Assembly: GCA_051453625.1 (NCBI GenBank)
Contig: JBOZIK010000001.1
Location: 35,122,661-35,166,885, forward strand
DNA length: 44,225 nucleotides
Direction: 5' to 3'
Source: Welwitschia mirabilis
Lineage: Eukaryota
Shown here: piece by piece, positions 13,372 to 25,370 of the stretch
Position numbering within the stretch: the first letter of the stretch is position 1
Layout: the number at the start of each line of letters is the position of its first letter
Made by a program: the position numbers and the translations under genes
The notes under the pieces: generated by a model
Told to the model about the DNA's origin: nothing
Seen by the model: the letters and a program-made list of their open reading frames with translations, nothing else
Database searches by the model: none

Positions 13372-13390
13372 AAGGCTAAGTGGATGGTTA
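13372..13390 (+). promoter_or_regulatory. Polypurine tract of element A
   Basis: AAGGCTAAGTGGATGGTTA matches AAGGCTAAGTGGGGGATA at 21006-21023 and the minus-strand copy at 30933-30951; both of those directly precede an LTR. Confidence 0.8.
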
Positions 13391-13535
13391 TNNNNNNNNN
13401 NNNNNNNNNNNNNNNNNNNNNNNNNNNNNNNNNNNNNNNNNNNNNNNNNNNNNNNNNNNNNNNNNNNNNNNNNNNNNNNNNNNNNNNNNNNNNNNNNNNN
13501 NNNNNNNNNNNNNNNNNNNNNNNNNNNNNNNNNNN

Positions 13536-13671
13536 TATTCTAAGGATAACTTAAGGAGTTTCATTTAGCTTCCTTCTTCTTTTGATTATGTAATATATCT
13601 TTTTGAATTAATACAAAGTATATGTGATTTTGATCTTGAGTCATGAATAACTTTATGTTTCTAATGCTTAA
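13536..13671 (+). repeat. Middle piece of the family-2 3' LTR (insertion site of element B)
   Basis: First 45 nt match 38362-38406 at 44/45; the rest is colinear with ~33420-33516; ends CTTAA (left TSD copy). Confidence 0.85.
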
Positions 13672-14887
13672 TGTTGTAATGATAAATTTTATGTTTTTGA
13701 TAGGGTATTTTGAGTAGTTTTATAAAAAATTTACATAAGTTTAAGCATAAAATAATGATTATTAAGAGTTAAGAAGAAAATCAAAGAAATGTATAAATAC
13801 CAATACATTTGAAGGTATTTTGGATTAATTATGATACTTTACATTTTGAGGGGGAATTAGTAAGCTTCAAGACCAATTTAATTTGATAAATAAATTCAAG
13901 AAGGATATTGACCCCTCTACTATTTTGACAACATATCAAAATGATAACACTTGCATGCTGACTACAATGCTGACTAGATTAACATGAAGGCTAAATATAA
14001 AACTCTTTTAACATGGCATCATGTTGATCATCATCAAGATGATAAACAAGATAACCACCTAATTTTAGTTAATGTATCAAACTTCACCAAACTTTTGTAA
14101 TATCTCATGCACACTCTTACACATTCATTAGGATTTTATCATGTCTGTTAGATTTGATATTATTAGAATCTACTATTATCAATAAATACTACCTTAGTCC
14201 TTAGCTCTGATCATCTTCTTTATCACTAGAAATTCTTTTGATAAGATATTAAAGAATAAGAGATCTATCCTTTGTTATTGAATAGATATGTATTTTTTAG
14301 TGTTAGGCTATGTATCCTTCATTGAGGTGCTATTGCTTTATAACATGAATGTTTGATTTGACTTAATTAAAAATCTCTTTTTCTTTTTATATCTTTTGTT
14401 ATTTGCATCTCCCTTATGGTTTATGTTGCTTTTGATTTTGTAACATCTTTATCTATGATGTTGATTATGAGGATAAACTTTATTAAGATTGATGTTATTA
14501 GGTTATGTAAATTGCATTTAATTCTCTAAATTAACTTTGCATTATTTTCATATTCTATTCAATGTACCTGATAGATTAGGTTGGTTTTAGTGTGGTGATG
14601 GCCTTTATTGATTGATCTAGATCATCAAAGATTAATCTCCATAATAAGTTGATTTGGTAATTGGATAGAAGTTACATTTAGAGTAAAATTTACATCTCAT
14701 TTACATAATGTATTTATTTACATTGTTATTTCACATTATTATTATTCTTCTTTAAGATTACATAAGTATTTCATTTTAAAATTAATTATCTTTCTTCTTG
14801 CTTGTGATTTTGATAAAATTATGATATTTGATTACTTCTATATATGTATATAAAGACATAACATTTCTACAAATATGCCTTGCAACA
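13672..14887 (+). repeat. 5' LTR of element B
   Basis: Nearly gap-free colinearity with 21024-21925 plus 38565-38946 (roughly 75-80% identity by eye). Confidence 0.9.
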
Positions 14888-14890
14888 TCT

Positions 14891-14908
14891 TAACACCATT
14901 GTCAAGGA
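14891..14908 (+). promoter_or_regulatory. Primer-binding site, tRNA-Asp type (decayed)
   Basis: TAACACCATTGTCAAGGA versus TGGCGCCGTTGCCGGGGA: seven mismatches, all G>A or C>T. Confidence 0.85.
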
Positions 14909-15599
14909 AGGTTTTAAGAGGTTTGAGAATTATTGTTACCTAAATACATGCTTTATATTTTTATTCAAGTATTTGTTTATTGTAGCATTGTATTTTTACT
15001 ATAAATATTGTAGTTTTTCTTTCTACAATTTTTTTTGGTATTTTTCTTTTTTCGTTTTGCATTTTTTAAGCTTTTCATCCTATCTGTCATCTAGATGACA
15101 TAGATAGATATAGCCTAGGATGAGGGATTTCTATTATTTTTTCTATAGGTTTGTTTTTGTTTTTTCATCATGTAATGAATCAATATCATTTGCTTTATCA
15201 TCCAAATGACACAGGAAGATGATTGATAATATGTTTTTATTATGGATTTTAATGTTTCTGTTTTTTATTGCCTTTGTTTTCTATTTTCTAATTGTTTAGG
15301 ATACCATCTGGATGACAAACAAGATGGAAAATAGGAAAACATTTTATTAAGTATGCAAGGATGTGATAAAATCTATTAAAAAGTTGAAATATTTAAGGTA
15401 AAAAATCTCATTCACAAAATTAGAAAAGGATTATTTAACAAAAAATAAAATATAGATATGTACATCCAAGATAAGTAATTTCTAAGAGTTAAAGTTTTTT
15501 TTATTTTTTTAATTTTAGAATCCAAATGAAAATAATAGAATAGGTAAAAACTCACTTTATCTTCTTCTTATTAATGAGTAGCATCACTTAATATAAAAA

Positions 15600-18250
15600 T
15601 GATGGAATCCTCTAGTTTAAATGTTAATGTTACTATACGAGAGATAATTTCTAGAAGGAAACATAAAAGATAAAAATCTTGTAACTTATCTCCTAATGAT
15701 GATCTGAAACTTAAAACTATCCCATTCACTACTAAGAATAATGATAAAAGATCACTATGAAAAATATTAGCTGAAATAAGAGCTAAAGAAAGAAGGATAA
15801 AATATAGAAATTATAAGAATAATGGAAATAAAATACTTAGAAAAATATTTTAATAAAAATCTTGGGAAACTTCAAATGATGTTGAGACTAAGATCCCTTC
15901 CTCTTTTTAAACTTCTTATTTTTTCCCTCCTTCTTTTTAAATTGCAAATGAAAATGATAATAACAATTTGCAATGTTTTAGGAATCCCACCTCATCTAGT
16001 GAAACATCCTATAATCATTTTAGTAAATCACAAACATCTTCCATGATTTATTATAAAGAATAACCATCTTTCATGAATTATTATGAAAAATAATCATCTC
16101 CCATCCATTATCATGAAGAAGAAGATCCATCTAGCACAAGTTTATATAAAGAAATAAATAAATCAATAATAAAAATGCTTAAGGAAATGAAAATGAAATA
16201 AGAAATACCAATAACAATGTAGAAAATTTTATTAGAATATTTTAATAAATTTTATTACCAATTCAATAATCTTAAGGTTCTTTTATACAATAAACGTATT
16301 CTATCACATCCCACTTTAAGAATTATGAAGAAAACTTAGAAATAATAAGTAACAACGATTCTTGCTTTGACATAGAAAATGAAAGTATGGATCAAACTAC
16401 AACATCAAACTTATTATAATATGGACAACAAAAGAAAAACAATAATGATTTAACTCCATTATTCAATAATAAGGATGAAGATAATTATTTCTCAGATGAT
16501 GAGCTAGGTTATAATCCCATTTAATTCCTATTAGAAAATAAAGATAAAATAAAAGAACTAGCTCATGAAAAATCTAAAAATTCTTTACTGCATGATAAAC
16601 ATACTGTTCACATTTCTTCTTCTAATGAATCTAATGAATTAAAAATAATAATAACATGCAATAAGATGATGAGAATGATGAAGAAGAAGATGATGATGAT
16701 ATTAAAATATTAGATCATAGCCCTATATTTCACTTAATTTGTGATGAGGATGAAGGAGGTAAACCTTTAAAAGAAGTTTAACATATAAGATTAAAAGAGA
16801 ATTTATATTATAAGGAGAGTCATCCACACTTGTTGTATGGATGACAATCTAAGATGATAGTTAGTAACATTAAGTCAATGACTTGAAAATGAGGATTAGA
16901 ATTAATAGAACTTTTCAATAAAGAGGAACAAGAATCAACTTAAGAAATATCAAAAAATCTTCCATCACATAAGGAATACCATGAGAAATTTTCCTTTTAT
17001 TTTTTGATGAATCCATTAACTTAAAAAAGAAAAATAATCCTCAATAATACAATAATGAGTTTAATAAATAAGATCAAGATATAGTTAATGATATTGATAA
17101 AGACAATTAAGAAAGGAAGATATTATCAAAAACATAATGAAAAAGATAAAGTTATCTTTTAATCAAGTAATGATGAAGTCCACAATGAGGAGAAGAAATA
17201 AAAAAGAAATAATTAAAAATCAAATAAACTTAATAGAGAGTAGTCTTGTATCTTTTAATGAATAAAATAACTTAAAGACTATTCACATGTTTCTCCATCT
17301 CTTTTACTTATACTTCCATACAAAACCTCAAATGATATGCCTCCTTATACTCTTACTTTCACATTATCTTATGATCTTGACAATGATAACATTTTTCCCT
17401 TTTCTTCATTTGAACATTTAAGTAATTCTCCAAATAACATACCTCTTCTTGAATTTAGTGAAACACATCTCTTTGAGGATTCTAGTCCAAAAATCTAATA
17501 ATGTTTTCCTTTTAAAATTTCATGTGGTATAAAAAGTAACATCTTTTCCTTTTTTACAAAGTCAACTTTATCATGTGCTTTTAATGATTACTCTTTTCAA
17601 AAACAAAAATTGGAAAATTTTAAAACTCTAAATTGGGATAAACCTTATCTTCTTGATCCAAACCCATGCTTATAATTAAATATTAATTAGCTTTTTAAGT
17701 ACGTTAAACCTATCTTAATCACTTATAAAACATTTTCTTTTAAAGCCTTGGATACCGAATAATACCATTCATGTCTCCCATGTTCAATATTAATATTTAA
17801 ATGGAAAATACATTTCAAATTTTTTACATTAGGAGTTTAATAAGAGATTGTTTTTTTGTGAGTTATATGAATTATTTATCTCTTACATTGCTACTAAATC
17901 TTATGAATATAAAATTCCATTTGGTTATGCTAATTGAAAAAGGCCTTATTTCTTTAATAAAAATCCATATCTTGAATTAAATATTAGAAAGCTTCTTAAA
18001 CTTACTAGACATTCTAAAGAGCCCTCAAAATATTCTTAGATACTTTTTTTAATTACTTCCTTGCATGCATTATATGATGTTATTCATAATTTATGTCATT
18101 TCAATAAGAGATTGTTCTTTAATGAGATTTATCACTTCTTGATCTCTTCTTTAAAACTTGGAATTTATGCTATTAAAGTTTTATACTTTTATTGTTTTTA
18201 CTACCAATTAATTTTACTAAAAAATGATTGTATATCTTTTATGTTTTATC
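15600..18250 (+). pseudogene. Degenerate gag-derived ORF of element B
   Basis: ~15700-15775 resembles the gag N-terminus at ~8075-8150; the acidic block at ~16660-16750 resembles ~9100-9170. Purine-rich coding-like composition with many stops. Confidence 0.5.
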
Positions 18251-21023
18251 AATTGCTGAATATTTGATTTAGTTCTCATTTTTTTGAAAGAATGTAATAT
18301 CCTAGGATCATAGCCTTAGAAACAAATCTTTCTTTATGCTTTTTTCAATAAAATATTGAATAGATTTTAGGATTTAAATAAAATTTATTTTTATTTTGCT
18401 TTAGTATTTTATTTTTTCTCTTATGTTTTTATGTTTTTGTCTTTGGTTTTATTTTAATTAATAAATTGATCTCTAGATGGTTAGGTCCTTATCTTTTAGA
18501 GAAAGTACATTTTTAATGGCTCAGTTAAAATTTCCAATTTTAACACTAGGGTAATTTTAAAAAAAGGACATGGGTTAAAAATCCATGAATCATTAGACTT
18601 TAAACATAATAGAAGCAATTGTTTTAAAATTTATCCTGCCATTATTTGAATTCTTTCTTAGCTTATTCTTTTGGTGGACATCATGCTATCACTTAAACAT
18701 CTTTTAAACTTCACTTATGTTTACTTCATGATGTTATCATAACTAGTAATTTTTATTTAAGCTTTAAAGTAATAATATTAAATTCATTCAAGCTTAAAAC
18801 ATTCAAATGTCTATGAAATTCATTTAAAGAAATATTCTTTGGTTTTTTGCATTTTCTCTTAATGGTATAAGTCGCTACTTATTGGGGGTGCTTGTTCTTG
18901 TCTTTCATCTCATTTCTTCACCTTCATATTTGTGAGTGTGTGGTTATTTGGAATTTAATTTGAAGAAATATTTTTTTAAAAAAAAGAGAAAAAAGAAAAA
19001 GAAAAGGAAAAAGAAAGAATAATTATCATGATCTATTATTTTTATGCTAAATACATGGTCACCATGATGTTCTATTACACTCAGGTAATTTTTCTTAAGA
19101 GGAACCTTTAGTAGTATTGGTAGCTATGGAAACTTCACTAGGGAATTAGTTGGTTATGCTTCAAAGGTTTCTACTTCTCTGATTGTGGTTGCACTCCCTT
19201 CATCATGGATTAAAATAAAATACTTTGAGGCTATGAGATCAGTGATGTTTTTGGTGTCATCATAGGCATTTCTTATTTCCTAGAATCATTGTGCATACTA
19301 TATTCCCACATGATCATTTCACTTTTGAGGATTAAAATGTGAATTATATTGTTAGTAGGTTAGTTCATTTTTAATAGCTTTTAATCTTAGCATTCATTAT
19401 TTGAAACATTAGTTACTTAGCATCATCATAATCACTACCTAATTGAGTGGTACTTTATGGAGTTTTTACATTATATTATGAATTATTAATCAGGTGATTT
19501 TATGATTACTTCCAAGGGGTTTTGTAAAGTTTGAATTTAAGCTAGGTACATAATCTTCTTCATGTTCCTATGCTGTCCATTTTTGTTCTATTTTTGTTAA
19601 TTATTTTCTTTGCTATTTCAAAGTTATTTTCATACGTTTTCATCGTGAATGCTTAAGACTTGATCATTTCGTAGTTTTCTTATTGATTTTTATTTTCATT
19701 TGTAGCATTTCTTTTTAGAAGTTAATTTTAATAAATTTCTTTAGTTTATGATGCTAATTTTCCCATCTATGTTTTTTTGAATATTTTCAAGTTTCATTTT
19801 ATTTAATCTTTTCTTGAGTTTTGATGCATCTCATACTATTTTTCAATGATTACGAGTTCATGGCACATTTCATTTATCTTTCTTATCTTGATGTATTCAT
19901 CCCCCTTACCATACCTTGATTTATTATAATTCTTAGCCATTTTCCAACTTTTAAACTCTCTCATAGCTTTATAAAACCTACTTGATAATATTTGAGCTTA
20001 ACTGATTTTGTTGATAATTCCAAATTTTTGATCTTTTTAAAAAAACCTTATCATCCTTCCTTTCATCTAGGTGATAAGGCAAATAACATATAGTCATTCT
20101 AAGATTATTAAATATTTATCTTTCATCTTTTTTATAGTTTTTTTTTTTTAACCTTTCTTTCATACATAAAATACTACTCTTAGATCTATCTATTTTACTT
20201 ATTAGTACTTAACTTGCATATGGATCACTTTCCTTCTTACATTAATGTAATATGGAATGTATTAGTTCCCCTGAGGGGGTAGGATATATATTTTGAGATA
20301 TTTCAAGCAAAATTTAAATTTTTAGAGTTATTTTTAGATTTTCATAAGAATATATGTAATGTACTAATCTGATTTTGAATGCCTACTATTAAAGTGATAT
20401 GTATTATTAACATTGTTTAGTAAAATATGTACTTAATAGTAGAATACTTGTAGTTTGTATCTTTTGTAGTAATGATATAATAAATTCAAAAGATCATGGA
20501 TGAAGGAAATAATCTTATGATTGATTATTTTTAATATATTTTCCTTGTAGATTGTACTTATAGACTTAATATTTTATCTATAAATTTTCTTTTTTAGTTA
20601 TTACTTTTTTTATTTACATATGCACATCATTTATCTAAGTTATTATGGTGAAATATAATTATGATTTTTTTTTTAACATCAAACCTTTATATTTTTAATG
20701 TGCTAAATGTTTTAAGTAGGGGTATAATGCACTTGTAAGTATTTTGACCTTATTTTTTGATTAGCATGATTGTAAGTGATTAACTTTATTGATTGATTTT
20801 TTAAAAGCTTGTCATCTACATAATTAGCCAAATAATAGTTTAAACAATACACTATTAAGTTAAAACATTTTAGTTTATTTAATTTTGTGATTTACACATG
20901 TATACTGAGATTTATAAACTTGAACTATATATCCCTAGTTAGTATTTTAACTTAGTCAATTTGCCTCGCTATTATAATTGTCCATCAACTTTGTAAGGGA
21001 CTAACAAGGCTAAGTGGGGGATA

Positions 21024-21925
21024 TGTTTCAATGTCAAATTGTATGTTTTTTATGGTGTATTTTTAGTAGTTTTACAAGTAATTTAGATAGGCTTAAGCAT
21101 AAAATAATGATTATTGAGAGTTATGAAGAAAATCACATAAATGCATAAATACTAATACATTGAAAGCATTTTGGATTAATTCTAATATTCACATTTTGAG
21201 GAGGAACTAATGAGATTCAAGGATAATTTAATTTGATAAAGAGTTTTAAGAAGGCTTTCATCCTTTCTATCATTTAGATGACATGCCAAGACAATAACAC
21301 TTCCATGCTGACTAGGATGCTAACTGGATTGACATGAAGGATAACTATCTAACTCTTTTAATATGGCATTGTCTTGACTATCATTAAGATAACATAGAGA
21401 ATGACTACATAATTTTAGTTAATGTATAAAACACCACGAAACTTTTGCAATGTGTCATGCATCCTCTTATGTGCTCCTTAGGATTTTACCACATTTGTGA
21501 GATTTGGTATTATTAGAATTTATTCTTATCAATAAATACTGCCTTCGCCTTTGACTTTAATCATCTTCTTTGGAATTGGAAATTCTTGTGATAGGAGATT
21601 AAAGGACAAGATATCCATTCTTTATTATTGCAAAAAGAATTCTTTCTTGATGTTGGGCTATGTATTCTACATTGAGGTGCTACTGCTTTGTAATATTAAT
21701 GTTTGATTCAAGTTAATTAAAAATTTATTTTTCTTTTCATATCTTTTGTTATGTAAATCTTCATTATGATTTATGTTGCTTTTGATTTTGTGATAGCCTC
21801 ATTTATAATACAGATCATGAGGGCAATCTTTGTTAAGGTTGACATTGTTATTTTAGGTTCATTGCAGTTCATTTCCTAGATTAACTTTGCATTATTTTTA
21901 TATTCTGTTCAACATACTTGATAGC
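21024..21925 (+). repeat. 3' LTR of element B, first ~900 bp
   Basis: Follows the PPT; colinear with 13672-14575; last 58 nt are identical to 38507-38564. Confidence 0.9.
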
Positions 21926-23046
21926 ACTTAGAGTAAATTATAACACTTATCATTTTGAAAAGAAGTCTCATGATCAAGGAGGATGATTTTACTTAATTAA
22001 AAAATGCAAAAAGGGTGATGTCTCCTTAGTTATCTAGATAACAATACTGGATGATAGAATATTTAGAGTTGATAAGAACATTAACTTGAATTAGAGTTGA
22101 AAGTTAATGCCATCTTTTTTTGATATGGTATTATCCCCATCATCATGCAGATAATAGTCAGGATGATATCATTTTCTAATAATGATAAATCTACTTTTGT
22201 AATGGTGTTATGCATCCCTCTGAGTTACTAGGATTTTATCCAAGCCATTATGTTTTCTATTTCCAAAAACATCTATGTAAAAAGAAATAAATACTTCTTA
22301 TTCTTATTTTTGAGACTCTCTTATACTTGATAAGCTTGTGATGGGAGATTGAAAGGTAAGAAGTCCATCCATAGCTATAGATATAAGTATTCCTTGGCAT
22401 TGAGCTATGTATACCTTATTCATGTGTTGATCCCTTGTAAGTGGATGCTTGATTTGAAATTAATAGAAACAGTCACTTTACTTCTATTATGTGCATCTCT
22501 CTTATGGTTTATATTGGTTATGATTCAATGATAGCTTCATAATTGATTTAGATCATGAGGGAGACCTTTATTAAGATTAATATTATTAGTTTATTTTTCG
22601 CATTTTATTTCATATTACATTTCTATAACTAAAATAGTTACATTACATTACATTTTGTTCATTGTATCTTATCTCCTACATTGGTTAGGATTTAGTAGTA
22701 GTATTTTCTAATTGGTTTAGATTATAAGGGATGATATTTATGATAGGAAAATTGGTAGTAGAAGAGATATATGACTTAGAATATTTTCATTTGGATCTCA
22801 TCTATAAGCATTACATTTGCTATTCTCTTGCATTTTATTTTTGCATTAATCTTGTTTTCTAATTTAAATAGAAAATACCAAAAATACTTCACTCAAATTA
22901 ATTATCTGACTTCTTTTCTTAGTGGCTTTGATGGAGTATGATATTAATGTTAATTATCATCTATACTAGCATATGTTTGTGTAAGCATTTCGAATTTATA
23001 AGATTTACTTAAGGAATTAGCAATTGCATAAATATGCACTACAATA
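21926..23046 (+). repeat. Family-1 LTR lacking its first ~140 bp (candidate 3' LTR of element A)
   Basis: Begins at the homolog of 21165 (LTR offset ~140) and ends GCACTACAATA, with no PBS following. Confidence 0.75.
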
Positions 23047-23559
23047 ATAAAGAACTAATAAATTCTCATTAATTGAAGAAATATTCTATTAAATCCTTTC
23101 TTCAAATCACTTCAAGTTTAAATTTCATCCTTACTTTAATGTACCAATTTTAACTTTATTATCACATAGATTTCATGTCATCATTTATTAGAATTATGAA
23201 TTTTTAGAAAATAAAACAAGAAGGAGTTACTAATTTCCAAAATATTCAAAACATGACCAAAAGGATTAGGTACTTACTTGATGAAATAAAACCACTAAGG
23301 CATCATCTTAGGAAAACTGCAAATAAGCAATAATTAAATCACATTAACTAAGAGGAAATAACATTTGATCTAGAAGAAGCATCACCTATTAAAGATTTAG
23401 AATAAGAAATAGGTTTTTACTATAACATGATATCATGTCACAATAAAAAGAGGCTAATTTATAATGAAACTGATTAAGCATCTAATTGAATTAAGTAAAA
23501 ATTCCCCAAATCATGAATAAAGTTCATACCATAAAATAAATAGGCCTTAAAAATGTGTC

Positions 23560-23810
23560 AATAAAAGTTTATTTTATTCTATCTATAAAAGTCTATCTTT
23601 AGTGTTTTTCTATAAAAGTCTATTTTTAATTTTTTTCTATGAAATTTTATTTTTAGTATTCTATCTATAAAAATCTATCTTTAATGTTGTATTTACAAAA
23701 ATCTATTTTCAACATTTTATCTATGAAAATCTATCTCTAATCTTCTATCTACAAAACTCTATATTCCATCTATAAAGGTTCATTTCTAGTATTCTGTTTG
23801 TCAAAGTCTG
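23560..23810 (+). repeat. Degenerate minisatellite, ~28-bp unit, ~8 copies
   Basis: Units of the form TCTATAAAAATCTATCTTTAATGTTGTA recur at ~27-28 nt spacing. Confidence 0.85.
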
Positions 23811-25034
23811 TATACAAAACCCATTTTGTCAAAGTTTATCTTCATAACATTATCTCTAAAACTCCTTCTCAAAATAGTTTCATAGAAAATATACAAAAAC
23901 CAAGAAGAAAAGTCCAAATTAACCTCTTCCATAATTCTAGCATGGTCCATCTATTCCTGATTTTTCTAAGATCTAATACCAACAAGTCCTTAGATGTTCC
24001 ATCATTTTTTGAACCTTTTTACCGCTTCCTTTTACTATAGTTTCATCTCTAATACTTACAGAATGGTAAATTGAAGGATCACTTAGCCATTAGAAGGAAG
24101 CAAAGTTATTAGCAACTAATAAGCTTTCCCTAATCAAGAGTTAAGCCTAGATATCATCATAAAGTTATATAAGCCAAACGTTTTCTTTGATATGAAGCTT
24201 AAAATAGCTTCAATGTTATAAGTTCACTCTTTGTATATTAATAAAATCATCATTTTGTTTCTTCTAGGTACATATAATGCATTTTTATCTTTTTCTTAAG
24301 AATTTCTTAAATCAAATATATCATTTAATCTTTTGAAAATGTTTTGCTATTATTTTAAAGTTCTACATGTTAAAATTTCTTATGTTGTTTAGTAAATACT
24401 TTTTCTAATTTTTTAGATTCACTTTATAAGATCTACTAAACCATGCAACTTACTAAAATAGTCATATTCTATTTACTGATTAGTAGTTCTTTATTCATTA
24501 AATAATGTCATTTTATTTATAGCCTCTAAAATTGTCTATTTCAGTTTATCTATAAAACTATACCTATCTGTTTATGAAACTATTCTAGTCCATCTATAGA
24601 ACTATCCTAGTTAGTTGTTAAATAGTCTAGTTTATTTACTAAGTAATCTTCATTCATCAATTAAATTATTAAAATACTTTATTTACTACACCATTCTATA
24701 ATGGCTTTTAAGCTTATTTGATGCATCTATTAAATCATTTTATTTAGTTATTTCTATGAAATAGTGTCACTATGTCTACATAACTATATATTTTTATTAA
24801 TACTATTTTAATTAGTTTATAGAATTAATTTTTTACTATTTTCATTATTATAATATCTAGAATTTTTAGGTTACTCATGAATAAAGTCATAGGTCATTAT
24901 AGTATTGATTAAATACTCCCTTTTTATGAAACATCTTTTTATAATTTTCTACATTGTATGAAAAAATTGAAGTCTTTATTTTTCTTAGATTAGTATTTGA
25001 ATCTTCATTTCAAATTCTTTGATAATTTAAAAAT

Positions 25035-25370
25035 CTAACATTCATCCACCAAATAGAAGAATCCATCCAAATCATCCAAGTCAAGACAATAGCAAAGTAA
25101 CCACAAATCATAGTAATACATAGGAAGAGATATTTCTTCAATTTCACTGAAGATTAAGAAAGCCTTTGAAAGATGTTCTTTAGTTGAAGAGACTTTTAAA
25201 CCATTAACAGAAACATGTTCATGGATTAAATCCCTATCAGATACCTTGTGGAAATCTTTGAGCACATCTAAATTCTTTGTGAAGATGTTCTTAAGCATTT
25301 CAAAGAATTATTACTATGTCAAAGTCTCCAAAATCTTGTGCCATCTTGTCTTAAAACCATTAGCCATTTT
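25035..25370 (-). pseudogene. Unclassified ORF relic, probably a TE accessory protein
   Basis: 87-aa ORF with protein-like composition that extends upstream through stops to MANGFKTRWHKILETL. HVSVNGLKVSSTKEHLSKAF weakly recalls retroelement accessory ORFs. Confidence 0.3.

Larger units (their letters stand above)
5675..13391 (+). mobile_element. Decayed Athila-type Ty3/gypsy retrotransposon (element A): 5' LTR, PBS, gag-PR-RT, env-like ORF2, 3' UTR, PPT
   Basis: Order is LTR (ends GCACTACAACA at 7141), PBS-Asp, gag, protease, RT, ORF2, PPT (13372-13390). RNase H and integrase are not visible. May be a chimera of two copies joined near 11015. Confidence 0.85.
13672..21925 (+). mobile_element. 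Non-autonomous Athila-type element (element B); its 3' LTR continues at 38507-38946
   Basis: 5' LTR 13672-14887 (TGTTGT...GCAACA), PBS 14891-14908, gag-related relic, long non-coding 3' region, PPT 21006-21023, 3' LTR from 21024. No protease, RT or integrase motifs found. Confidence 0.85.

Noticed and set aside
5675-23046. Tandem LTR-internal-LTR-internal-LTR element sharing the 13672 LTR
   Set aside because: A family-2 LTR fragment and a TSD precede 13672, and gap-flanking overlaps favour misordered contigs.
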